Source: Dicyema japonicum (lineage: Eukaryota; Animalia; Dicyemida). From it: a DNA stretch of 64,000 nucleotides. Below the pieces are notes generated by a model. That model made no database searches, was not told the DNA's origin, and saw only the letters and a list, made by a program, of their open reading frames with translations. Positions 11,690 to 24,164 of the stretch are shown in pieces. The translations under genes and the position numbers were made by a program. The stretch lies in the NCBI GenBank assembly GCA_011109175.1, contig RDEW01000016.1, positions 357,516 through 421,515 on the forward strand, in the 5' to 3' direction. Positions within the stretch are counted from its first letter, which is position 1; every line of letters begins with the position of its first letter.

Positions 11690-12090
11690 AGGCTTTTGGA
11701 AACAAAACCTCAGAACACCAATTGTGGCAAAATACCCACGCGACAGATATATTGCCAATCTGATCGATTTGCGACGTTATCTGACAAAAACTTGGGTTAT
11801 CCATGAGTATTTTTATCTCATTAATTTTTTGTAGCTTTGACATTTGTTGATTGTTTCAGCAAATTTGGTATGGCCGAAACTCTCTACTCCAAAAATTCAA
11901 AGGAAGTAGTTGAAACTTTTCAAAAAATTTTTTAGAAATATTTTTTAAACCTCCGTTATTATTACACACGGATAACGGAAAAGAATTTAAAAATAAATTG
12001 ATGACCGACATGTTAATGGAGCTTTTGGTCAAAAATGTCTATGGTAGATTCCGTACTCCATGGATACAAGGTCAAGTAGAGAAATAAAAA
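11690..12090 (+). mobile_element. rve integrase remnant (Ginger/GIN-like)
   Basis: FSKFGMAETL, LHTDNGKEFKN, GRFRTPWIQGQVEK; contains stops. Confidence 0.7.
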
Positions 12091-12119
12091 AATTATAAAT
12101 TTAGATTTAACCAATCAAT

Positions 12120-13000
12120 AAAAAATGGATTTCCTCCACATCCGCTTCCAGTGGAGAGTTTGGAAGTTATGTTCTTCATTTTAAAAAATTGTTTTTGATT
12201 ACAATTCGATACACGAGACAACGAAGCAAATGCCATTCTTCATATTTATGGGATAAATATCCACAGGAAGCAATTCCTGATGCCCCTGTGTAATTGGTGC
12301 AGTTGAGCTTTACTGTGTATAAGTAACCTGTGTTGTGTCACCTGGCTGTATACCATAAATTGTTGTTTCAGTACGAATATGGAATATATTTAGGCGCTCT
12401 CTGAACTAGTTATGGTGATTAACATTTTCTGGTAACATGGGAAATTGTATTATAGTGACAGTTGATACATATTATGTCAAAATCTGCTTAGTTTATCTCC
12501 ACATATGTTGCAAAATCTTTCCAATTAGCGTTTCTGTAATCCAAGAGTTTCGTCTTTTTCAGAGATGAGGGTTCATTCCAACATAATGAGATAGGATTGT
12601 GGTCGTTCTGTAAGTCACAAACCAAAAACCAGTTAGCAAGAGAAGCAAAGGACAGATCAGGTGAGGTTGTGTGGTCATAAGCTCTATAAAGTGTTATGTT
12701 CATCCGATTATCGTTTAAGATTTCCTATGGCATCCACAGTCTGCCTTTTGTACAAGGTCAGGTGTTTTGCGTTGAAGTAGTCAGATATCAACATTTTTTG
12801 TGTTGATGTAACACACCCAAGGAAGGTTAACTTTGTCAGGAGCTAGTAGGGGTAATGTATATGTTCACAATTGTAATATTTTCAATGTTTGTTCGAATGG
12901 AGATCCCAATTTGTTCAACAGGAGATAGAGGATCATAATCCGAAGGTTGATCTTATTGTTTTTCCGAACTCACTTTTGAAGAAAGTAATGACTCTTCCTC
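12120..13000 (-). mobile_element. Degenerate Ingi/Vingi-like APE to start of RT
   Basis: EQIGISI, IVNIYI, DYFNAKH, TSPDLSFAS, NDHNPI, VYKNANW-like segment, HWK. Confidence 0.55.
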
Positions 13001-13599
13001 AAGACCATAATGGAGATCGTTTCTGATAACAGTCTATCCCGAAGTGCTTTGGATTCTCTTACATCTCTTCAATTCTTCTTTCCATTGTGTCTCTAGAGCT
13101 TAAGTTAGAATTAACTTGAGTTACATTAGACTTTCCTGTTCATGCGGCATTTTTCATCATAAACGTAAACTTTTTTGAATTACTACAAATTTAAATAAAT
13201 TCTGTAATTGATAGTTTGTTAAGTAACTATGGCATCACTAACTTGTAGGAGACCTGTGGCTATTTAGTATGTCACAGGCGCTACGCGTTACACTGGACTT
13301 AAAAAAAATTCAAAAAAAAATTTCTTTTGATTTAATTTATCAAATTAATATATATAATTTGACCAAACTAGTGATACAGATAGATAACATAATTTATTCG
13401 CGAAACCCCAACTAACTAAACAAGGTAAGAGAGGAAAGCCAAGATTTGGGTCGTCTATATCGGGGCACTCTCATGAGACACCGTATGTCTCTTCTCCGTA
13501 AAGAGCTCCAATTACAATGCGAGTTTCCACAAGCAATGTAATAAATCACCGATTCTTCTTGTTTTTCTTTCGTATTCGTAATCAATTTCAGATGCTAAA

Positions 13600-14720
13600 T
13601 CCAATCCATGTGCGAGTTTAATTGCATAATTTCGACTGAAGTTAAAATCTTTAACTCTCCAGACTTCATCCATTTTACAAGGCATTTTCCATCTTGATTG
13701 GTTTTACACAACCATAGTCAGTATGTTTAGCGTTCATTTTATTCATTGATCGTGGGTAGTCTTGTATTTAAAGAAGTTTTGTAGTAAATTGAAGTTCCTG
13801 TTACAGCACAAGAACCAGTCTTCCCGAAAATATCTAATGAGTCGTATCTATCAATTTTAAATGGTCTTTTCTTCAATTTAGTTTCGTTTATAATTAGAAC
13901 ATCCATCTGGATCGTGATAGCTAGAGCAACCAGCACTGAGGCCCGTTTCCGAAGAGAACGGGTATTAATCAGGGTTATCCTGACTACTTCTGTTTTTTTG
14001 TTGGCTGCCTTCTTTTTTTAAGAGCGCCACCAAATCTAGTAAAAATTTAGAATCCTTTTTTGTTCTAGTCATAGCTTCTCTCCAACTTGTCAAGAATCGA
14101 GTTGGAAGCTACTACTTCTTCATTTTCAGACAAGATGTTTGAGTGAGTCTCGATAGTCTGTGTAGCAACTCCAAAAGTCACTTTTCTAACATGTGCTTCC
14201 GCCTGGTCACTCTCATCAAGACTGCTTGTCTGTATTGAAGCTTCTACTGTTTCTTTTTAGAAGGTTTCTTATTATATGTCGTATTCCAGCCAGTCTGCCC
14301 ATACATTCTAAACTCTGACTTTAATTTCTTATTCGTTCCAATTTTGGAAAAACTTCACTTTCTCCATTATGGGCATTTTCTCGTTTTAGAGAAAATTTTC
14401 CATTCGATTCTTTCTTTTTTGTTCAATTTTGTTTTTCTTCGCTATGTTAGCTTCAACAGCCTTGGGGCATCCTCCATAATTTGCAAAGTGGCTGGATGAA
14501 ACCACAATTCACACACGACTTATTATTGTTTGCAACCGGACACTGCGATCTTCTATGTGTCCCAGAACAAACAAGGCATCGTTCAACATTTTTGCAAAAA
14601 CGATAGTCTGATGCCCTGTTTTCTTTCAACCGTAAATTTTCCCCAATATCGTTCCAAGGTATTCTTCCAAATCATTGGTTTCAATCCACGTCGGAAGACC
14701 TTCGAGCACAACTACTGAGG
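13600..14720 (-). mobile_element. Degenerate LINE with gag zinc knuckles and APE (Jockey/I-like)
   Basis: FCKNVERCLVCSGTHRRSQCP...CVNCG...ANYGGCPK, followed by DVLIINETKLK and NQDGKCLVKW. Confidence 0.7.
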
Positions 14721-14812
14721 GTGGACCCTCAAGAGAACTTAAGTCACTTTTTTAAGCTTTTTAACGCGACTCATGTGGACGATCTCGGTATGTCCCTAAT
14801 TTGATTGAAGTG

Positions 14813-15350
14813 TCATTCGCTTGTTATAAAATAAAAATAATTCAATTGTATACCTTGACTACGTGGGTTGTTTGGACGTGAATGAATTTGAATAATGTTA
14901 TATTTCTTGCCAATTGCAGTGACATGTGAATGAAATCTCTTATTGGGCCGAGTTGCAATTATATGATTTTCTTCATCATATTCATTAGGACTTCTGGCAA
15001 GAAGACATGTCTCACAGCTGGAAACAACATCGCGAATAACATCTCTCTTCACAAAAAAATATCGTTCTTTACAATATGTTTCTAGGATGTTTTGGCCACA
15101 ATGTGTTAAATCATGAATTTTAGTTGCGACAAACTTCATTTCCTCAACGTTGTCCGAAACAATAACCAATTTATCGCCTTCTGGGTCTTTTAGATACATT
15201 CTTCCTCCTTTAAGAACAAAGCTCTTGGACTTTTTTGAATCCTGCACATAGCATATGCAGCCACATCAGAAGGTAAGCCTCCTTCCAGAATAATTTTGAG
15301 ATTATCATATTCGACAGATGTCTTAACAAACAAGCGTGACATAATAATTC
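14813..15350 (-). mobile_element. Stand-alone integrase with HHCC zinc-binding domain (Ginger-like), internally deleted
   Basis: KIHDLTHCGQN...VSSCETC, IHSRPNNPRSQG; no gag or RT adjacent. Confidence 0.7.
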
Positions 15351-16471
15351 AAATTAGTATTAATAGTTTATAAAAATTTTATACAATAAAATTAATGCTT
15401 TATATTACTAAAAATTAAATTTTTATTCCAAAAGAACAATTTTTATAGATTCAACAAAATTCAAAAATTCAAAAAATCGATATTGCAAATAGCGCATAGT
15501 TGCAAGTAGCGCTCGCGACATATTAGGGTTACCGATATTCCAATTTTTTGTTTTAAACGGATTTGGTAGACTGTTGCCAGGTTTGCCTTGAAATTGGATT
15601 ATTGGGAAAGATTCATATCTCTATCTTTCCTATAGATTAATATAAAGTTTATACGTAAAACCAAGAAACACCGACAAATTAGCCAGAATACACGGCGGTC
15701 AGACGATCCCGATTTGTGTGTTTCACTTGAGCTAAATACCGCAGCTTGACAACTGCTGGACTAAATTCAGTTGGATTCCGTGTCGAATCTCGTTCCTACC
15801 CTTTCTGATCGAAGGTTTCATGCCTCTACAATGCTGTTTGGCTATATAAACGAGGCCACCATTATTGATATCACTCTTATATAAATGTAATAGATGAATT
15901 TTTTCCGAGGAGAGAGAAAATTATTTTTATGCCGGAAAAGACAAGACGATCCGTTATAAATTTGCATCTATATGAGGTCTGACGCGAGTTTTATTGAGAC
16001 AAGAGAAATAATTGAGACCATTGAATGAAACTGAGGAATAAAAAATATCAGAATTCTGTACCAAAAACACCTTCGTATGCCAAGTTTATCGAAGATTAAA
16101 CCGAAAATTATAAGTTCAGGCCTATCGAGACGGGCCTTATGGTATTTCAGCTACCCCTTACATCTAACCTTACTCAATTTATTTTATAATTAAAATTAAA
16201 AATTAAAATTATTTCCAAAAACCAAGGGTAACCATTCTGGTTGGAGAACACTGAGAAGAAAATCTTAAAGCTGATGGCAGAATTCGAACTTGTCAATCGT
16301 TTTACCGGACAGGCTTTTTTTTGAAAAACAAAAGGTTATGGATGTTCTTTGTGCATATGGATATATTGTATTACTCTAATGTACACATATTCAATAAGTT
16401 TGAGAATATATTCAACCTTTCAACAACATCATTGTGGGGACTCACTGCAAATGGAAGTGTGCTTTTTATCC

Positions 16472-16736
16472 CTTTATTATTAAATTATTCCAAAGACCAA
16501 GGGTAACCAAACTAACCAACTCCTTGATCCTGACTCGTTCCAGCGTTCCAGAACTTGTCACCAGGTAACGACGTTGTCCCCGGGGAATAATTGTTGGATC
16601 TTCTTTATGCCGTCCAGGCATTGGGCGCTCCTCAGTAAGGTGATCCAGTGACGCCATCGGAAGGAAGGAAAATACAACTATCCACGTAGCACCAATGACA
16701 AACTATCCACGTAGCATTGCATGGCGCCTCGCGCAG
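16472..16736 (-). mobile_element. Short non-autonomous element carrying the HDV-topology fold
   Basis: Leader GGCGCCATG..TGCTACGTGG, fold at 16595-16657, AT-rich tail. Possible 7-bp TSD TTTATCC (16465, 16737), which is weak evidence. Confidence 0.55.
16595..16657 (-). ncRNA. HDV-topology pseudoknot, copy F
   Basis: P2 TGGATC/GATCCA, P4 ATGCC/GGCAT, P1 GGCGT/GCGCC, L3 TTACTGA. Confidence 0.6.
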
Positions 16737-16930
16737 TTTATCCATTCATTCAGTTTTTTAATTATAATAAAAATTTATCCATTCATTCAGTTTTTTATTA
16801 TAATTTATATAAATAAAAATAAAAATTATTTAAATAAATAATTAAAAATCAATTCATATATAAATAAATAAATAAATAATAAAAATATATAAATAAATAA
16901 ATATATAAATAAATAAATAAGAATTTTCTC

Positions 16931-16993
16931 GTGGCGTCATGTGGTTCACCTTTTGTGGTGGCGCTCAGTGTAATAATACACAAAAAAGAACCA
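16931..16993 (+). ncRNA. HDV-topology pseudoknot, copy A
   Basis: P1 GGCGTC/GGCGCT, P2 TGGTTC/GAACCA, P3 ACC/GGT, P4 GTGTA/TACAC. Confidence 0.7.
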
Positions 16994-19850
16994 TTTGCTC
17001 TTCCCCATCCAGACTCTTTATGCCTGGATGGTATACCTCAACTGGAAACTCGAGATGTTGTTTGTTCCCCTGGATTCTATTGCTTTCTGGAGATATTGAA
17101 CAAAACCCGGACCAAAACCCCTTGTTATTATGCAACTCAATGCTAACGGAATAAAAACAAAGATTCTGGAGTTACGATCTTTATTAACGAAGCACAAGAT
17201 TGACATCTGCCTTATCCAGGAGTCAAAACTTTCTACAGAGTTCAACCCCACTTTTTCCTGGATACATCTCTATCAGAAAGACCGCATTGGACGTGGTGGC
17301 GGCTTACTCACAATTATCAGAAACGGTCTATCCTTCCACGATGTAAGCTTGCAAGTGGATGATTTAATTCTACACGACAAGACCGCGGAACAAATTTCTA
17401 TTGATCTTATTAATGGGTCAGAACATCTTATTCTAATCAACATTTACATTCCACCGCCGGGATCCTGTCCTAATAACTATGTTCCGAAGCTCGACAAACT
17501 ACAAGAAATTCGAAATGTGTTACTATGTGGGGATTTCAACGCCAAACACCGCAATGGCTTAGTACCCAGTCGGCAGACAAGAGGGGGAGTCTAATTATCG
17601 ACTCTCTCGAAAAAATGGTGATTCTGAATCACCCGAATGTGTTAACAAGGACACCTATCCGAAGAAATGACAACCCAACCTCCCCCGACATATCCATTGC
17701 TTCTCTAGGATTTCCCCGAAGATTTCATGGAACGTCTCCTACGATTTTCATAGTGATCATAATCCGATTATATTAAAACTGAGCCGATTCAATAACTCGC
17801 GTAGAATTAAAGCAACCGTCAAGGTCTACAAGAAAGCTGACTCGTCGAATTTCAAGCTCTTCATTGACCATAACCTAATACACTTTGATCCCACCTCATG
17901 CACAAAGAACAAACCATGTAATCCTTCAAGCTGAAAAGTTGTTTGTACCACGTGCAGTTTATAAATCCTACAAGCCTACTCTGGACTCGGAGACTCGTCT
18001 CCTCATCAAACAAAGAAACTCCCTGAAGATGAATCATCTGCAAACCTCTTCTGATTTGCAAAATATAAAATGCTTAAATCAGAGAATTACAAAGCTCATC
18101 AGAGAAAAGAAAGATAGGGCGTGGAAGCGCCTATTATCATCTGTTGGACATATAAAATCCACGAGTCTTTTATGGAAAACTATTCGTCGAATCAAGCTAA
18201 ACTTATCAGATGAATCAGAATCTTTTTCTGCTCCAAATACTGTGCAAGCTAACAACCTAATGAAATATTACGCATCCATAAGCCACAAGGACTTCTCGAA
18301 ATCCCATTCTTGTCACTTTCGGAATTTAGTGCCTAAACCAACTTCATGGATCAATCTGTTTACGCATGCCGAGGTCACACAGGCTATAAGATCAATGAAG
18401 AGATCTTTTACGTGTGGACCTGACGGCATTCCGGGAATTTTGTTAAAACACCTTGGTAATGCTGCAATCAATTCAATTACGTCAATTTTTAATTTGTCTT
18501 CTAACATGAACGTCATCCCATGCAAATGGAAAAACTCACTTATAATACTGATCCTTAAACCAGGAAAACCGAAAACCTTACCTTCTTCCTACCGTCCAAT
18601 TTCATTAACGTGCGCATTATCGCGCCTAATGGAGAAATTCGTACTCTGGAAAATTAAACCCCATTTGCCCGACTGCCACTTTCAACATGGTTTCAGATAT
18701 GAGCGTTCAACTACGACACATTTGACTTTACTGTCTCAATTTATATCAGAAGGGTTCAACGAACTGAAACGCCATTTACGGACAATAGTGGTCTCCCTGG
18801 ACATAAAAGGCGTTCGATTCTGTCCAGAGAACATTACTCACGAAAAAGGTTTTTGACACTACCATTCAGCCGGCTTTGAAAAGATTTTCTCTCCGGAAGA
18901 AAAGACGTGTCTGTATAGGCCACGCAAGATCGAGGTCCCGTCTCTACCAAATGGCGTCCCTCGAGGATCCCCCTCTCTCCGGCGTTATTAAATTTATTCC
19001 TAAACGATTTACCCTGCCCTGGAGGACCAGATTCAATGCTTCTCACTTATGCTGACGACCTAGTCATCGCTAGCAAGAACAAATACGTGGGTATAGCAAA
19101 ATCAGAGCTTCAGTCACATATTGACGACCTGGGAGCCTGGTTGAATTTGAATTGTCTCTCCATATCCAGGGATAAATCAAACGTATACAATTTTCACCAC
19201 AGACGAAAAAGAAATTCATACACTGGATTTGAACATTTATAGACTCTTTAACATTACAAATTCATCCAACTATTCTGGGAGTGACTTTCGACCCTTTGAT
19301 GACAATTTCTCAACATGTGAAGAACGTCATGACAAAGGGTCTCAAGAAACTAAGTATAATCAAACCGCTCTCAAGTCCAGGCCGTCACGGGAATGCGCTG
19401 TCTTCTTGTTCAATCAACTTCTAAAACCGACGGTAGAGTATGCTTGTGCCTCATGGGCCTATGGAGCTTCAATATCTAATTCATACAAGATCAACTCCCT
19501 AGCAGGCAAACTTTCACGTCTAACAAATTTACCCCCGATCTTTTTCCCCAATGGTTGACTACGCCGCAATCAAAAATAACGGCTCCAGCTTCATCTGTCT
19601 GTATGGTCAAAAAACAAATCGTTTCTTCCATTCAAGGCTAGAGGCCTCAAATACACGAAACCTGGGGAAAAAAAAACCCACCCCTCTTCAAACTCTAATG
19701 AAATCTGATCGTCATCTATTCAGGAAAGCCGTACTCTGAAGGAACATAGGAAAAACCTCTCGATTTTGTTGAGGCGTACCGGGATCACTTTATTAGTTGG
19801 TTTACTCCTTTTTTCTTAGTGTTCCCTTTTCGGGGTTATTAAATAAATAA
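16931..19850 (+). mobile_element. Near full-length Ingi/Vingi-like non-LTR element (leader-2A-APE-RT), frameshifted
   Basis: 5' fold; LLLSGDIEQNP(G); QLNANGI, CLIQESKL, GDFNAKH, SDHNP-like; CGPDGIP, SYRPISL, QHGFR, YADDLVI. Ends GGGGTTATTAAATAAATAA. No RNase H seen. Confidence 0.85.
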
Positions 19851-19959
19851 AAATCAAAACGAAGTACTATGTGAATATTATTCATAAAGCATTTTCAAAA
19901 CACCTGGATGTTCATTCTGGCAATGGTTGAAGGAATAAATGTCCCGACATTACTATCTT

Positions 19960-21060
19960 CAATTCTTCAATGGTGCAATCAGTAATTAGGAAAATGAATA
20001 ACTCGTCCCCCCGCGGTTCAGATGACATCTCTATTCTCGAACTGAATCACCTGGGTCTTTCCGCGACAGCCGCAATGACATAAATTTTCAACTTCTCAAT
20101 TAACGAGAACAAGATTCCGTCAATATAAGAGAAATCTCTGATACACCCTATCCTAAAAAAAAACAAACCACCAAACTGCCCGTCCTCCTACCGCCCGGTA
20201 TCCATCATCTGCGCCTTATCACGAGTGTTAGAAAAACTGGTCCTTCTCAAGATGCGTCCTTTCATAACTCTACCATCTTTTCAACATGGATTCCGCGAAG
20301 GACACTCAACAACAACTCATAACAAACTGGTTAAATTAATTTCGGACGGCCTGAATACCCCAAATCCACACGAGAATCGTGCTGGTCTCAGTGGATGTGG
20401 AGAAGGCTTTTGACTCAATATCCCGGAAGATCCTTACAGCAAAAATTTTTACGACGTCGATCCACCCTAAATTCAAGTCATGGTTGGCTAACTTCATCAA
20501 CGGTCGAATGGGCCAAGTGGTGGCAAACAACCAAAAATCAAAACAGCGATACCTTCCAAATGGAGTTCCACAAGGATTACCGTTGTCTCCAATACTTTTC
20601 AACATGTTCATCACTGACCTACCATCCCCAACCACCAAAAACACAATTCTTCTATCGTATACGGATGATCTAGTGGTCGCAGTGAAACATTGAAGAATCG
20701 AGGAGGCGACACGATCCATGCAAGACCTACTAAACCAGATGTGTTTTTGGTTCCTGAAGAACCGTCCGAATATATCAACAGAAAATTCACATGTAATGAC
20801 GTTCACCTCAGCACGAAAAGAATTACGGGCAGCACCACGAGTAACATTATATGACTCCCCGCTTCCCATTAAAAAAACCTTTTAAATCCTTGGAGTCATC
20901 CTGGATCCTCTACTCACATTTACCTATCAAGTGGACCTAGTAACCGCGAGAATCCAAAAGAAAATTGGAATCCTCAAATCGTTCACTCACTCTCCAGTAT
21001 CTTTAGAGCTTATATACATACAATTTGTTCTACCTATAATCGAGTAAGCCTGTGCTGCAG
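19960..21060 (+). mobile_element. RT-domain remnant of a related APE-type LINE
   Basis: FQHGFREGHST, VDVEKAFDSI, GVPQGLPLSP, YTDDLVV. Confidence 0.8.
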
Positions 21061-21354
21061 TTCAAAAAATATTTTTTCACTGAAAAAGTATTAAAAATAT
21101 TGTCTTTAATTCTAGACCCTCTGTTATTAACAATATTTTGTGAGTTAAATTTTGGTCAAAGATTTCTGTTCCTTATCATCCCTTGTATCAGTAGAATAGC
21201 ATAATGTGATAAACATGCAAGGGCTGCTAGAAAAAGGAGCATTTGGTATTCTCTATTCAACAAGGATTCCCATGAGTACAAAGTAAAGATAGAATCTTTC
21301 CTTTCGCTGGTGCAAATTGGGATTGTGAGATATTAGAAGATCATCGCGTCTGTG

Positions 21355-21415
21355 ACAGTAAACTGAATACAATTAATTATTAACTTCTTTCTCGGTGATC
21401 CGAGGGTTTTAATTC
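21355..21415 (+). mobile_element. 3' terminus of the short-element family
   Basis: aaactgaatacaattaatt...cttctttCTCGG-TGAT-CCGAG matches the 44815-44872 segment. Confidence 0.55.
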
Positions 21416-22749
21416 GACTCATCAACTTTGATTTCTAATTTTATATTTTTGCAGTTTAATTTTGTTCAAACTCATAAAGATGGAAAATGAGATAACAGTG
21501 AATTAGAACTACGTCACATGATCGCATCAAACAAATTGAGGTTAGATGTGTCACTATTATTACCTTCTCTTAAAAATTATCTCTATTACAATTCACAAAT
21601 GATGATTATTGTCCTGGAACATTCCGAAGTTGTCCCAAACATACATGATTAAGTAAAAATAACTTACATCAAATCAGACATATTGAATAAATCTATAAGG
21701 AGTTTGTCCCTAAACACAAACATGGAATCAAAATAACTGATGAAAGTCACCAATGTGTACTTGTGCAACTGACGTGTGGTAGCATGAAACATATCCTAGA
21801 TTGGAAAAGGATTCGGAAATAAACGAGACGACTCACTTGAATATAGAGAAATGGGAATAGGATGAGTGGGCTTATAGTTTTTGAAAGTCTCTGTCCTTGT
21901 AACAAAAGTAAAGAAAGTGACCAAAGCGTTTATTATCGAATCCAATCAGATAACTATTAGAGAATATTATTAAGGAAATCAAAAGATAATGTAAACAGAA
22001 TTTCACGAAAATGTAAATAATAAAACCACCATAACTAATTCTATAAAAAACTATAACTTACGATCTCTGAATGATTCTGTTGCATGTATTATTGAAATGT
22101 ACTCAAAAATAGAAAAATTATAATTTTTAAGAAAATAATAAAAACATAAAACAAATTGGTGACTTACATATCAAAGTTTTGATTATGGGCAAATCATAAG
22201 TTATATTAAGAGTAAGTCTAATAGTAACGAAAATTTTTATTAAGCAAAGCATATTAAATCATTGCTATGAATAAAATGAGCGTTCAGGCGTCATTAGTGG
22301 GTGGAGGCATCCAGAAGGAGTCATGAGGGATATTGTAGTAAGTGGCATGTTCAGATCCTGTCGCGTTATTCAAAAAGGATTCCCTGTCCATTTCTGGGTG
22401 TAATTGGGACAAGGCCATGAACTGGTCTTCTGAATCGAAGAACTTTTTCTGTGCACTTTGTCTCTTCTTGAAGTATTGATTATCCAGAAGATTTCCAGTA
22501 GTAATTCTAAAATTATTTTTATTAATTTATACGTCGGGTTACTGGACATTTTTTATAAAAAACGAATTTTGTAGTAAAATATTTTATTAATTTTAAAATT
22601 TATAAAAACAAAATTAATTTAATTTCTAATATAACTAAACTCATTTTTTATATCCTATCTAATAATATTTTTATATTTTTACACACAGGTAAATTATAAT
22701 TTAGTGTAGCGTTTTGTAGTTCACCAGTTCTGTAAGTATTGGTAACGCC

Positions 22750-23180
22750 TACCGAAACGCCATCTACGGACAATAATGGTTTCCCTGGATATCCAGAAGG
22801 CGTTCGATTCTGTCTCGAGAATATTACTCACGAAGAAGGTTTTTGACACCACCATTCAGACGGATTTGAAAAGATGGATAGCCAATTTTCTCTCCGGAAG
22901 AAGAGGACGTGTCTGTATAGGCCACGCAAGATCGAGGTCCCGTCTCCTACCAAATGGCGTGCCTCAAGGATCGCCCCTCTCTCCGGCATTATTCAACTTG
23001 TTCCTCAACGATTTACCCTGCCCTGGAGGACCAGATTCAATGCTTCTCACTTATGCTGACGACCTAATCATCGCTAGCAGGAACAAATACGTGGGTACAG
23101 CAAAATCAGAGCTTCAGTCACATATTGACGACCTGGGAGCCTGGTTGAAGTTGAATCGTCTCTCCGTATCCAGGGACAAA
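22750..23180 (+). mobile_element. Internal RT fragment highly similar to 18765-19175
   Basis: LDIQKAFDSV, GVPQGSPLSP, YADDLII; long stretches of near-identical nucleotides. Confidence 0.85.
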
Positions 23181-24164
23181 ATAAATAAATAATTAATAAT
23201 TCATATATTGTTTTTTGTTTATGGAGTTGTTAATCAACCAACTCTAACAGCTAAATTAGCCAAATATAGAAATTGATACATAGCAAAAACAATGGGAGAA
23301 AGATGACGGTACACTATATGGATAGTTTATACCTGGGTCCTACGAGAACTGTGGTGCCACGAGACATAAGCAGAAGGACTTCTTTGATGTTTAATCGGAA
23401 TTCATTATTTCCTAGAGACCGCGAAAAACCAACCCTAAGATTACGAAGAAGGTGTTTAATAATGAATAATACCTGACGGCGGACATTCCGTCATCAAATT
23501 TACGAAAAACGAGACCGTTGGAACGACTACAATCGGAATCCTATGCCATCGAATTTGAGATTCGTCAGCGAAGATCTACCGCTATAACCTAACTCTAACT
23601 TTATGAATAGTCTTTTTTTTGTTTAAAGAAAACGTGATTTTTTTTATTTTTGGTGATTATAATTTTAGTTTTTCTTTATTGTCGTGTTCTTACAAAATAA
23701 AGTTGAGTCGATGGATTTTTCAATACGCTACAAAAATTCATTTTTAATTATCATCAGCATATACATGAGACTTCAGACAGTAATCCCTTAAACACTTCAA
23801 TTTTAGGTAGAACAGAATATTCGTGCAGCTGGGAGTTCAAAAAATCGAATTTCCGATGTGAGTCAGTCATTTCATCCACGTGGTTAATCACAATATTATT
23901 AAACGACAGTTGAACCTCTGAATTCTTCCAATTTTGGTTGGATGTGATTTGAACCAGTGTTATATAAAAAAATTTTGCTTTCTCGTGATTACAAATCGTA
24001 TACTTGTCACACGTGGGTTGACAGATAAATTAAATTTTAGTCAAATTTAAGGTTTAAAATATCAAAGTTATTTACACAAGGACTCGAGGATGCAGCCGGT
24101 TGGTAACCATCTTGAATTGGTAGTTTAAAATATCAGTTGACTCCAATGTTTAACCTATAAATGA

